Below, piece after piece: positions 38,797-52,949 of a stretch of 64,000 nucleotides of DNA. The stretch lies in NCBI RefSeq assembly GCF_018350175.1, contig NC_058368.1, forward strand, positions 63,118,001-63,182,000, read 5' to 3'. This DNA comes from Felis catus (taxonomy: Eukaryota). Positions within the stretch are counted from its first letter, which is position 1; each line of letters starts with the position of its first letter. The position numbers were made by a program, and so were the translations under genes. The notes under the pieces are model-generated. The model did not search any database. It was not told the DNA's origin and was given only the letters and a program-made list of their open reading frames with translations.

Positions 38797-40512
38797 TTTA
38801 TTTTTAAATTTTAAATTTATTTTTTATTTGAGTGTAGGTAACATACAATGTTACATTAGTTTCATGTGTACAACATAGCGATGCAGCTTCTCTATCACTA
38901 TGCTATGCTCACCACCGGGTAGCTATCATCTGTCACTATACATGTTGTATTACAACATCATTGACTATGTTCTCTATGCTGTACATTTATTCTTTTGACT
39001 GATTCATTCCACCAACGGAAGCCCATATCTACCACTCCCCTTCACCCATTTTGCCTATCCCCCACCCCTCTCCCCTCTGGTAACCATCACTTCTCTATAT
39101 TTATTGGTCTGATTGTGCTATTCATGTATTCATTTGTTTTTTAGATTCCAGATAAAAGTGAAGTCATATGGTATTTTTCTTTCTCAGTCTGACCTATTTT
39201 ACTTAACATAATACCCTCTAGGTCTGTCTAGTTACCACAAATGGCAACTTTTTCATGGATGTGTAATAGTCCTCTCTCTGCATGTATACTACATATTCCT
39301 TGTCTATTTATCTTTTAATGGATGCTAGGGTTGCTTCCATATCTTGGCTATTGTAAATAATGCTGCAGTAAACATAGGATGCATATGTCTTTTTGAATTA
39401 GTATCTTCATTGTCTTCACGTAGTGAAATCACCAGACTGTATGGTATTTCCATTTGTAATTTTTTGAGGAACCTCCATATTGTTTTCCACAGTGGCTATA
39501 CCAATTTACATTCCCACCAATGGGAATTATTTTTGAATTTGAATTTGAGAAGGTTTCTTTTTCTCCACATCCTCACCAATACTTGTTATTTCTTATCTAT
39601 TTTATTTTAGCCATTCTGACAGGTATGAGATGATACCTCATTGTGGTGTTGATTTGCTTTCCCTAATGATGTGTAACATTGAACATCTTCATGTGTCTGT
39701 TGGCCATCTGTATGTCTTCTTTGGAGAAATGTTTATTCAGGTCCTCTGCCCATTTTTTTTTAATTGGATTGTTTCTTTTCTTTTGGTGTTGAGCTATACA
39801 AGTTTTTATATATTTTGAGGATATTAAGCCCCTATTGGATATGTCATTTGCAAATAACTTCTCCTGTTCAGTTGGTTGTCTTTTTGTTCTCTTGATGGTT
39901 TTCTTCACTGTGTGATAGGGTTTTTTTTTTCATTTTTTTTATGTCGGTATAACCCCAATTGTTTACTTTTGCTTTAGTTTATACAAAAAAATGTTGCTAT
40001 GGCCAACATCAAAGAATTTACTGCCTGTTCTCTCTTCTAGGATTTTTATGGTTTCAGGTCTCACATTCAGGTCTTTAACCCATTTAGAGTTTATTTTTGT
40101 ATATAGTGTTAGAATGTAGTCTAATTTCATTCTTTTGCATGTGGCTATCCAGTTTTTCCAAAACCATTTATTGAAGAGACTATCTATACTACCAAAAAAA
40201 TCTACAGATTCAATTCCTATCAAAATAACAATAGCATTTTTCACAGAATTAGTACGAATAATACTAAAATCTATTTAGAACCATAAAGGACCCCAAATAG
40301 CCAAAGCAATCTAGAGAAAAAGGAACAAGGCTGGAGGTATCATAATTTCAAATTTCAAAATATGCTGCAAAGTTAAAGTGTTTAAAATAGTATATTACTT
40401 GCACATAGATCTATAGATCAAAAGAACAAATAGAGTCCAGAAATAAACCCACACGTATATGGTCAGTTAATCTATGAAAAAGAAGCCAAGAATGTATAGT
40501 GGGGAAAAAAAG
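38797..40512 (-). mobile_element. Carnivore L1 with 5' inversion
   Basis: 38797-~40185 is antisense (3' UTR plus ORF2 end) and ~40186-40512 is sense ORF2. An 18-bp TSD lies at 38779-38796 and 40513-40530 (1 mismatch). Confidence 0.95.
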
Positions 40513-40735
40513 ATAATACAGATAATATTAAATAAGTGGCTGGTTAAAGTGATCATGGACCAGGACTACTGATTATATTACACTATTTTATATAGAACAC
40601 ATTCCTTCAGTCTGAAAAAGCTAAAAAACATTACCCTCAAGACTATGCTATCATGGAATTAATGCACATTTCAACTCTCATCAATAACTATAAAGTACTA
40701 GTTACTAACAGTTTCTGTTAAAGTAATTGTTTTAA

Positions 40736-40940
40736 GGGTGTCTGGGTGGCTCAGTCAGTTAAGTGGCCAACTTAGACTTAGGTAATGATCTCTTGGTTCA
40801 TGGGTTTGAGCCCCACAACTGAGCTGTCAGCATAGAGCCTGGAGCCTGCTTCAGATTGTGTCTCCCTCTCTCTCTGCCCCTCCCCTACTCATGTGTGTGC
40901 GTACGCTGTCTCTCAAAAATAAATAAAACATTAAAAATTA
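40736..40940 (+). mobile_element. Can-SINE
   Basis: It has the head gggtgtctgggtggctcagtcag, a small internal deletion and an AATAAA tail. Confidence 0.9.
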
Positions 40941-41581
40941 TTTGTAAAATATTATTCACAATAAATAAGCATATTCAAAAAGTGTATAATATCCATGTTT
41001 TTATTGAGCAGTTTTAGCATAGTTCTCAAAATATTTTATTTCTTTGTTTAGCATGAAATGAATTGAGTGTGTTAAACACTTTGTGCAAATGTCTTAACAG
41101 TGTAAATATTTCAACAAATATATGCATGGCCAAGCTAATCGAGTACCTCAAATTATTTATTGCAAGAAATAAGATAGAAATAAATTTATCCTTACATATA
41201 TTTGTGTGCTGATGGTTGAGTACTAGAGATCTGGTACTTTTTAGAAAAATAAGGCATAGAGGGGGAAAAAAAAACAAACAAATTGGCATCTTGAGATTAT
41301 CTGTTGAGCAGAAAGCTGTCATCTTTTTCCTGCTTTTGCCTAAAGACCTGGAACATTAGCATGTTCACCTGGCCAAAGACAGATGGCTGCCCACACATTC
41401 TCCCTAGGCGTAACACTTGTTCTCCCAATACTAACCACCCAAGGAATTTGGCCCACCCACCATCTGTGGATCTGTGGCCTGTTCCTCACTGTATGAATTT
41501 TAAGACAACAGACTGAATGACTTTGCAGTGTGCATTCTGGGATGGTTCTTTCTTAATATATAAGCACTACACATCACCATC

Positions 41582-41990
41582 TTTACTAGACAGGATGGGC
41601 TAGGTCAGGCTACAGTAACAAACACCACCCTATTCTTAGTGGCATAACACAAATGTTTATCTGTCACTCCCTCGAAGTCTCCAAATGGAGCAGCATAAGG
41701 TTCAGCTCACTGAAGTCACTCAAAGCCGCAGGCTCCTAAAGGCTCCATCTCAGTGCTTACTACCTCGATCACCACCTGGGAAAACAAGTTCAAAGAGAAG
41801 TACCTACAATTAAATTCTCCTACCAGAAACTGACAAACTTCACTTTTGCTCACATTTCATTGGTCACAGCAGGTCAATGGCCATGCCTAATTTAAATGTG
41901 TAGGGGTTGGGTTGGGGAGGAGAGTGAGGAAAGACAACTCAACCAAGCTATAATAGAAGTAGATGCCTCTCTGAGGACTGGAGAGGAAAG
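41582..41990 (-). mobile_element. ERVL-MaLR solo LTR (MLT1K-like)
   Basis: caggatgggctaggtcaggctacagtaacaaac...cacttttgctcacatttcattggtcacagcaggtca. Confidence 0.75.
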
Positions 41991-42006
41991 TAACATTTTG
42001 TAGTTT

Positions 42007-42228
42007 TTTGTTTTTTAGTTTTTTTAACGTTTATTTATTTTTGAGACAAAGAGAGACAGAGTATGAACAGGGGAGGAGCAGAGAGAGAGGGAGACACAGA
42101 ATCTGAAACAGGCTCCAGGCTCTGAGCTGTCAGCACAGAGCCCGACGCGGGGCTCGAACTCACGGACCGTGAGATCATGACCTGAGCCGAAGTTGGATGC
42201 TTAACCGACCGAGCCACCCAGGCGCCCC
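42007..42228 (-). mobile_element. Can-SINE (SINEC_Fc type), CpG-rich
   Basis: The TSD acattttgtagttt lies at 41993-42006 and 42230-42243. Confidence 0.96.
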
Positions 42229-42260
42229 TACATTTTGTAGTTTAAAAATCAAATTGCTTA

Positions 42261-42371
42261 GGAGTGCCTGGCTGGCTCAGTTGTTAGAGCATGCAACTTT
42301 TGATCTCAGGGTTATAAATTCGAGCCCCACACTAGCTGTAGAGATTAATTAAAAATAAGAGCTTTAAAAAA
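42261..42371 (+). mobile_element. Short tRNA-derived carnivore SINE lacking the CT tract (SINEC_old-like)
   Basis: ggagtgcctggctggctcagttgttagagcatgcaac...ttcgagccccacac...tgtagagattaattaaaaat. Confidence 0.85.
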
Positions 42372-42615
42372 TCAAAATCAAACTCATCAGAAATTATGTA
42401 TTACACTTCGTTCACACTTTCAAAACAAAATAGCTCTGTATCATATCCTTAAAATTCCTTGCCTTTCTCACTATTTCATAAAAGTTCCTCTTTAAAATCT
42501 TTTACAGTAAGAGTTACATAGAGTTCATCCAGACAGTACAGACCTATACCATATAGTCCATCAGACCGAAAAGCTTGCCATTTCTCTACGTCTTTCTTGA
42601 ATAAAAATGCTTCTT

Positions 42616-42830
42616 GGGGCGCCTGGGTGGCTCAGTCGGTTGAGCATCCAACTTTGGCTCAGGTCATCATCTCACGGCTCCTGAGTTCGAGCCCCACGTC
42701 AGGCTCTGTGCTGACAGCTCAGAGCCTGGAGCCTGCTTCTGATTCTGTGTCTCCCTCTCTCTCTGCCCCAACCCACTCACATTCTGTCTCTGTCTCTCTC
42801 AAAAATAAATACCATTAAAAAAATTTTTTT
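42616..42830 (+). mobile_element. Can-SINE
   Basis: Full head, CT tract and tail, with TSD aat(g/t)cttctt. Confidence 0.95.
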
Positions 42831-43699
42831 AATTCTTCTTTCTGTCCAGAGATGTCATGCTTTTTGCTATGCAACCTTAAAAGCCAGATTATCCCTTAAT
42901 TGGGCATAGAGGTCAGTAACATATGATAGGTTAGCTAATGAAGAGGTATAACCTCACACAGGAGTTACTTATGGGGTGGAGATTCTAAGAGACATTTAGA
43001 AAGTGAATCATACCTTTGAGCGTACAAAAAGATGAGTGGGTCATTAGAATTGCCAACCAAGTGTTATTTTCTGGTTTTCTATAAGAACTGTGCATTAATG
43101 CCTTGAAAACAGTGGTTGACAGGTTTCCTTTATTTACTACAATACTTTGGGCCCTTACATCAATCACTATCATAATTCAGTCTCCTTTCTTTTCATCATA
43201 TATCATCATCATTTTTGCTTCTGTTTTTAGTGGAGACCTGTGTACCAGGCATTATGTTAGGAAGATATCTGCTTATTGTATTTAATATTGTATTTGCTAC
43301 TTACACTCAGAAAACAGAACCATCTTTCTTTTAACCTAAAATAAAGCATAGTACACAGTCCTGGTAAGGCACCTTTTTTTTCACCTAATGTTTTGCTTAA
43401 CTGAGCTTGTCTTTTTTTTTTTAACTGAACTTCCCACTACAGACATTAAAATTTTAATTGCAATTATTGAGATCTTCTTGGTACAGAAAATGATCAATAA
43501 TGATACTTGAAAAGATACTACAGTTCCAACTTTCATAAAGACAAAAATATTCAGAATTACTGCATTTTATACAACAAGCACTATATAATGTTACTATATA
43601 GGATATAATAACCCTAGTGAAGTGCTAAGATTTATTCAAAATCTTGAGACAAGATGCTACATCTTGCTGAAATTGTACATTAACACGGCAAAAATTAAA

Positions 43700-44297
43700 T
43701 GAAATATGATGTTTTTGTGTTAAGTTGGCTGAGCTGGAACTACATTTCCCACATTTATTTTCCATAAAGACAAATATGGTAGATTCCAGGTTAGAATTGA
43801 CTGTACAGTGGGGGAGGGGGGAATTTGCGTATGAATTGAAAGCTGGCAGGGCAGCAGCACCCATGTTTACCCTGAAAAAGGGAGTGTGAGTTTGGAAGCT
43901 ACTATGGCTCACATACATTGTCACTAATTTGCTGGTTGGCCCGTTGTTGCAGTAACAGCCAGGTCCCAGACTCCTCTAGCTCCTGCCAGAACTCCTCTTT
44001 CAGCTTCTCCAGCAGCTGGACCAGGTGAGAATGCAGTGCTGTGTTGTAGGCACCTGCCTCACTAAGGACAGAGACACTGGGAGACATCATCATGGGCCCA
44101 GTTTGCCATTGCTTTCCCATTTCTCATCCATCTTTCCTTCCCAGCTGCCAGTTCTGTCAATTTCAGAACCCTGGAAGCAGAAACAACAGTCTTCAACAGA
44201 CTGACAAATACCCACAAGTGCTTATGGTCTATTCCTATAATAAATTCTTTATCTTATGTTACTCACAGTGGTTCTCTTTCTCTGCTCCTCTGATAAA
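43700..44297 (+). mobile_element. ERVL solo LTR (MLT2E/F, LTR41/52-like)
   Basis: The 5' part is ttggctgagctggaactacatttccca. The 3' part is aacaacagtcttcaacagactg...ttcctataataaattc...cagtggttctctttctctg. Confidence 0.65.
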
Positions 44298-45314
44298 TGT
44301 TGAAAATAAAACAGATTTTCTATAAATCCCAAACTGTTCATTTTGTAGGTGGAATCCCTGAGAAAGTGCATTAACTCTTCTGCTTTAGGGGTGAGAGACA
44401 CTGATAAGTACATATAATATAGGTACATATGTATGATAAAATTTAATTGCCTGACATCTCTTTTAAAGGCTCATAGCATATTTGAAGGGCGTCTTGTCTC
44501 ATGTCCTTTGATGAAAGAGTGCATAATGGAGCTTTGTTCTCTGCTCTAACATGGCCACTACCCACCATTCTCAGATCAGCCCTGAACCTCTGCTGGTCTC
44601 ACTAAGGCCCATTCTCTGGGATACTGGCACCTTTCTCCCCCTTAAATACAATACAACTACACAACTACAGTGGCTCTGCAAAGTCAGATGCAAGAAAGCT
44701 CATACTTCTTTCACTGCCCTAACACAGAACTATTGTGAATGTAGTAAGACTTCATTGGAGACTGGAGCCAGAGAGAATTACAATATAGGGCAAAGCCAAT
44801 TTAAGATGGAGTAAAATAGTGCAGCTCTCAGAGTACAAAGAAAAGTTATGTCTGTTTTTTTGTTACATTTGTCCCATCATATATAAACCTCATGTGATCT
44901 GGTTTTTATTCTTGCTTCCTCATCTCAGGGTTCATCTTCCTGTCTCTCTTTCCTCCTAGTGGTTCTTTCTCAACATCTCATTTTACAAACCTTGCACCTT
45001 TTTCAAGAAAGTCCATTCCTATCTCACAGGTGTTAATTTTATTCATCCAGGTAAATACAAAGAACACAATAGTCCACAGTGGTACATTTCTCAAAGTCTG
45101 AGTTAGTGTGCCTAGAATAATATACCACAGGTTTTAGCAGACAAAAAGAAAACAAAAAACCTGGGGGCTGCCTAGTAAAAGGGAGTGCAATTGGGCACTA
45201 TGTGGTAGATCCCTAATGAGGTTAGTTTTCCAACAGGAGGCAAATAAAAGATTCCTAGCTCTTCTTGTGGTCTTCCCGTCTCCTGAGGGTCAATTTTAGA
45301 TTGAAAAAAATACC

Positions 45315-45424
45315 CACATATGTATGTATATATGTATATGTGTGCATGTATATATGTATGTGTCTGTGTGTGTATGTATATATATATGTATACATGCCTA
45401 TATGTATACAAAATGCACACATAG

Positions 45425-45452
<28 letters not shown>
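45315..45452. repeat. (TA/TG) mixed repeat ending in (AC)14
   Basis: Direct inspection. Confidence 0.9.
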
Positions 45453-45455
<3 letters not shown>

Positions 45456-45826
45456 CACAAAGTACCTATCCATATGATGGAGATAAAAAAATCCTAAAGG
45501 CAAGAAACATCTTGCCATCCAGATTTGCTTTATCACTACCCATTACCATTGAAATCCCCAAGATTTTGTCTTTATTTTATTTTTTACTCAAGCATGTTTG
45601 TATAAACTTGAGATACATTTCCAAATTATATATATTGGAATTTTAAAGTAAAGTTTTAATATTTTCTAGCCAATAGATTTGTTCATGTTGATATGTGTGG
45701 GTAGAACCCATTCTCAATTTCTAGAGTTCAGATTTTGTGTTAAGCAAGTGTCTATTGTTTTTGTAAATGACTTTTCCATTCCATGCCAACTTTATATCAT
45801 TAAAGCATTTAAAATGACTTAAGTGA

Positions 45827-46069
45827 GGGGAGCCTGGATGGCTCAGTCAGTTAAGCGTCCGACTCGGCTCAGGTCATTATCTCGTGGTCTGTGAGTTGGA
45901 GTCCCGCGTTGGGCTCTGTGCTGACAGCTCAGAGCCTGGAGCCTGTTTCAGATTCTGTGTCTCCTTCTCTCTCTCTGATCCTCCTGTATTCATGCTCTGT
46001 CTCTCTCTGTCTCAAAAATAAATAAACGTTAAAAAAATTTAGAAAAATAAAAAAAAATTTTTTAATAAA
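45827..46069 (+). mobile_element. Can-SINE
   Basis: The TSD taaaatga(c/t)ttaa starts at 45810 and 46070. Confidence 0.95.
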
Positions 46070-46699
46070 TAAAATGATTTAATGAAATATTAATATCATG
46101 ATCTGAGAATACAAACAATTCGTATATTGCTAATCACATTTGAAAATAAGTGTTATTTGCCTCCACTTGCTATGCAAATACTTGCCATTAGGTATTTACC
46201 CCCAAGGAATGTGGTAACCAACCTCTACTCAGTGCCTCTTTTGTTTCTGACCTGAGAATTTTGTGACCTGTCTCTTCCATGACACCACAATCTTTTTGCA
46301 ATAAAGATTTAAGGAAACTCCAAGCTATAAAATGTATTGATATTTGAATATTAAAATCTTCTAGGTAATGCTAAGTCAATATATCTCTTGAAGACTAAGA
46401 TCTGTCAAGAGATTTCTTTAGTTTTTATTTTATTTTGTTTTTGGAGGGTGTAAGTCATTGTTTTCCAAAGTGTAGAAGCTATAAAGTGAGAGTCACACAA
46501 ATCTACTAATTCATGGCCTTTAAGATAATGTTTGATCCATAGTGGAAGCCTTTCTTATTAATATTTCCAGTGTAATTATACTAAAACTCCTAATTTATAT
46601 CTTTTCTTAATATGAGAAAGATCCTTTAACATCCTTTTTGAACTTCTTTTTATACATTTTTCCTTTTATATATTCCTATGAAAAGTCTTACAAATATTC

Positions 46700-47058
46700 T
46701 TTTTTTAATGAAATTTATTGTCAAATTGGTTTCCATACAACACCCAGTGCTCATCCCAACAGGTGCCCTCCTCAATGCCCATCACCTACTTTCCCTTCTC
46801 CCCCACCCCCATCAACCCTCAGTTTGTTCTCAGTATTTAAGAGTCTCTTATGGTTTGCTTCCTTCCCTCTCTGTAACTTTTCCCCCCTTCCTCCCCCTGG
46901 TCTTCTGTTGAGTTTCTCAGGATCCACATACGAGTGAAAACATATGGTATCTGTCTTTCTCTGCCTAACTTATTTCACTTAGCAACACTCTCCACTTCCA
47001 TCCACGTTGCTACAAATGACCAGATTTCATTCTTTCTCATTGCTGAGTAGTATTCCAC
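46700..47058 (-). mobile_element. Felid L1 (L1_Fc-type) 5'-truncated 3' fragment
   Basis: Antisense 3' UTR with a perfect TSD tacaaatattc at 46689-46699 and 47059-47069. Confidence 0.95.
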
Positions 47059-47699
47059 TACAAATATTCAAATAAAATCTTCTACATAGCTTTTTGTGCT
47101 ATAGATTATGACAGCAAATCAGGTGTTTAAATAACAACAGAGTCCAGAGCTTTAGATCATATGTACACATTTATATTCATGATGCATTGCTCACCTTACC
47201 ATCCTACTGGGGCTTTAACAGAACTAAAGAGATGTAACATAGACAAAAATACTTGTGTGATCATTTGAAGATACCAACAAATTGTGCATTTTTTCCCTGA
47301 ATTCGTGTTCTGTCTTCCTTCTCTTTTATTTCTGACCCTCAGTTCAGTCATCTAAAATTAAAGCATGCAAGTTCAGATAAAGCCTCTGTTAGCATCATCA
47401 GTATGCAGAAGAAAGGAGCTTCTGAAAAAAGCAGTAACAATAATGAAAACTCAGTCCTTATAAGGTTAAAGGGGTTTTGATAATATAAGACTCCTAGAAT
47501 TAGAATTCTTGATATTTCAAAGATTTGTATTGCTTTCAAAAAACAATAACAAAAAACCACATACAGGATAACAAAACCTTTTAGTATGCACCAAAACAAA
47601 TTTTCATGTTTTAACTTTTTCATTTTTTAAATAAAAATACACTTAAGCCCTTCAAATACCACTCCTCAGTCTCCCTCCTCTGGGCAGCATTTGCTGTTG

Positions 47700-47855
47700 A
47701 TTATCAACTGCATGGCTACCCACCTTTCTTAATAACAGAATCCTGACTTTGTGCTAATAGTAATAAGGCCCAGCCCTCAGGGAGGAATACTGATTGGCCT
47801 AATAAATCACCATCATTCCATTGCTCTTTGTCAGTTGTCTACAGGTAGACAGAAG
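47700..47855. mobile_element. MaLR LTR fragment (MLT1J-like)
   Basis: taacagaatcctgactttgt...gcccagccctcagggagga...tgattggcctaa. Confidence 0.5.
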
Positions 47856-47857
47856 AT

Positions 47858-49530
<1,673 letters not shown>

Positions 49531-52500
49531 CCATGCCAACCCTTAGGGTTGCTTTCATGACATAAAGGCTAGACAATATTTTTCTCCACTCAGAAATCTG
49601 TAGTAGCTGACAATTTCACATAGAACTTTGTGGAATCATTTAAATGTTTGGTATTTAAAGAAATATTTATTGAATTTATGCTTTTCACCAAATATTTTTT
49701 CTAGCTACTCGAGATAAGTGGGAAACAATTCCTACTTGCATAAAAGTGAAGACAAACACAAAAATGCCACAAAGTACAAAACAAACCCACATTTAATAGG
49801 TAAAGCAGGAGTCAAGTTCAGACAGAACAGGCATCTGGCCCACTATTCTCTCATCATGCACAGTTACAGAATACAAGGTGGGGTTGAGGCCTTTAAGTGA
49901 TTAATATAAAACTGCCATTCCACATGCATCTCTCACAGTCTCTCCCCACAAACTCCACTTCAGCGATAGCAAATCCAGCCACTCCTGCATGAAACTGCAC
50001 CAACACTATCACATATATGTTTTTTTTCCACACTCTTTCCCAATCCTACAATGCCCTTTCCTCTCCCTATAATTTAGCCATATTTTAAGACCCTAAAACA
50101 AATGCCAATCTCTTCAATATCTTCAGTAATACAACATCTTAGGGTTTACAATGTGTTGCTTATGATTTGACTTATTTATTTCTTCCTAATTGAAATCATT
50201 GAATTAAAAAAAAAACATCGAATCACTCAAGATCATGAGCACTAAATGTTGTGCAGGCGCTGCGCTAGGTTACAGAGATTGTACCAAAAAAAGACACATT
50301 ATCTCTCCCTGAGAAAATTTTTCCATGTCTGCCTTCCCCACAAACTTGACAAGGCCCCACTCAACTTGACATTCCCTGCAGAACTTTCCAGAACATCTTC
50401 ACCATGTTCTCAATTAAATGTGTTCAACTAAATGTGCTCAATTAAATGTGTTCAACTATCTCAGTGTCTCAAAGTGGGGGAAAGAACCACAAAGACAATT
50501 ACGAGCTATTAACTAGACAGTGTGTATGGAATGCTTTTCTATAATTCTCATAAAAATCATTCACATCAAACAGTTTAGTAAAAGTAGCCCAGTGCCATGA
50601 AGATGGTAGGAATTTAAAAACTAGCAATTAAGAAATGAACTGAAAAACAATTTTTGGAGAAATGCAGACAATGGTAAGAAAATTGGATTCTGGAATGAGC
50701 TGAAGAAGTTTGGTGTAGTGAGGCCCCATAAGCTGTTTGCTAAACCAGCCTCGATCTACTCTGTGTGTCCATGGACAAGGTGATCCTTTCCTGTGTACAA
50801 TTAGCTGATTTGCTTCCATTTTTTTTTAACTGTGTGCCTGTACATGCAGAATGAGTTCTTAAGAAAGTTTATTACTGATATATTGGGCAACATTTGCTGT
50901 ATCTCCTTTTCAAAAAAGGTATTCCACGAAAACAAATTATAATTAGATAATTACATTTTGTATTTATATCTTACTTCGGCCCACTACCATGTCAGATCGC
51001 AGATACTTGCCATACAGCGTTGAAATAAACATCACATATACTTTCATTAGTGTATGGTTTCAAAGGTGGCATGAGATCTTTGGAAGGAAGGTCAAAGTAC
51101 AAATACAAGTCATTTCTAATGATTGCACTCTCCTAATGACATTAACATGCTTCAGGCGTTATACCCTAAATTATAACCCAGTTGAACTGATCATAAAGAG
51201 GCACTGATACATGAACTGTTTTAATGAGCATTTATTTATGAATTAGTTATCAGAGTTTCTTCCATTAAAGTAAAAATAATTCGGATGCTGAATCAGATGA
51301 AGGTGGCATTGCTACCAAGGAAGATCTCTTCCTTTTGATAAGAGCTGAGAACATTTAGTAGAAAAGGGGGCAGTGTTCTTTAACAAACACAGGTTTCCTT
51401 TCAAATTATTCCACTGCTCAAGGAAGGACTTATTTAATAAAAAGCCTTAACTCTAAACATCAGTCGCCGTTTCATTCCTTCTATGCAAAAAGGCAGTGAA
51501 CAGGAGCTGTATTTCTACTTTGTCATTTAGTGTTTTTTGTCTTTGAGTAGAGTCTATGAAGTGGAGAGGGCCATTTTATTAGAAGCACCAAAGTGAAACT
51601 ATTATTTGAGTACCGTTTGTTAATGAGTTATATTAGAAGCTGAGCCAAAGACTGGAAAGGGAAATCCATGAAACTGCTTCAAGTTCTCAGGTCTTTGAGG
51701 TCAGCAGGGCTCTGAGCCTCAAAGCTACCCCACAGATATGCACGTGCATATTTCCCTGTCATGCCCAGGTGTCGCAGTGACAGAAGCTGGGGAGATTCAC
51801 AGATGGCACTTAAATCTCACCAGGATCTCTAGTTATCCTTCATCTATTTTCCTTTTCTAACTCACGATCCAGAACTTAGATCAACATGTTTTGCAGCTCA
51901 TGGCTGTTTTTGGCAAGTCATATGAAAAGTTTAATATTTGACTGGCATTCTGTTAGAAAATAATTATTTCCTCTACTTGCAAATAAGTGAAAAGAAAGTT
52001 ACCCAGATTTTCAAATATTTATACATTTTAATATTTTGCTATACTAAGTGCTTATAGTAAAATTGAATCATACCTAAAAGGCTGATATTTCATTGCCATT
52101 TATTATAAAAGTATTTGTTTTCTAAAAGGTACCAATCTAAACCCTCCTACACTCTGCTTACAGAAAGTAATTTTAATCATGTTGCAAGGATTTCATGTGT
52201 AATTATGACCACAGGAGTCACAAATCTTGAAAGTTCTCCTCTTGGGAGTGTATCCTCTAAATTAAATTGCTCTTTTGATAAAAAAGTGAAAGAACAAATT
52301 CCAGCTAACCAACAGGATGTATGTGGACTTAATCTATCTAGTTCATTGGATTCGTGTTGAGATTAAAGTTAAAACATTTTAAAATTCAAATCTTATCTGT
52401 ATTTTTCAACTTGTGCCACATGATCAACTACTCAATTGATGCCATTAAACATACATGAATCTCAGTCTGATTTACTGATCCTGCATTTTAAAAAGTGAAC

Positions 52501-52949
52501 CTTAAAAATGAAACTGATATCACATTGAACTTTCATAATGAATAGGACTGGGCTTTAATAACAAAAATGAGACTTTTCTAACAATTGATTTACCTGAAGA
52601 ATCGTAGGATTTGACTAAGTTGTTGCAAAGAAATTGACTAATCAGTGGAAAGGAGGGTTTCAATAAAGCAAAGAAAGGGGACAATTACTGAAGAATAAAG
52701 AAAAAGAAAAGCCCTGTGTCCTCTTTATATCCCACTGAGTAGAAATTCTTCCTCAATAAATTGGTTATAATATATAAATTACATGTAATTACATTGTATA
52801 TCTCATTGTAGATATACAATGAGAGTTTAGATTCTCACCAGTATGCTTATCACCGTAGCCTATGTGAATCTTGGCTTAAATTTATTAAGCAAATTAAGAA
52901 ACAAAATATTTATTTGTATCAAATTACTAATGATTGCTCATTTTCATAT

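Noticed and set aside
42261..42371. Possible tRNA gene (also 60278-60384)
   Set aside because: A/B-box-like heads are followed by a SINE tail and lack an intact cloverleaf, so these are tRNA-derived SINEs.
42035..42818. Recurrent peptides such as MAQSVK...SAQVMIS...GSVLTAQSLEP
   Set aside because: They are translations of Can-SINE copies, not a gene family.
50404..50458. CRISPR-like repeat array
   Set aside because: It is a simple tandem duplication with no unique spacers, in mammalian DNA.
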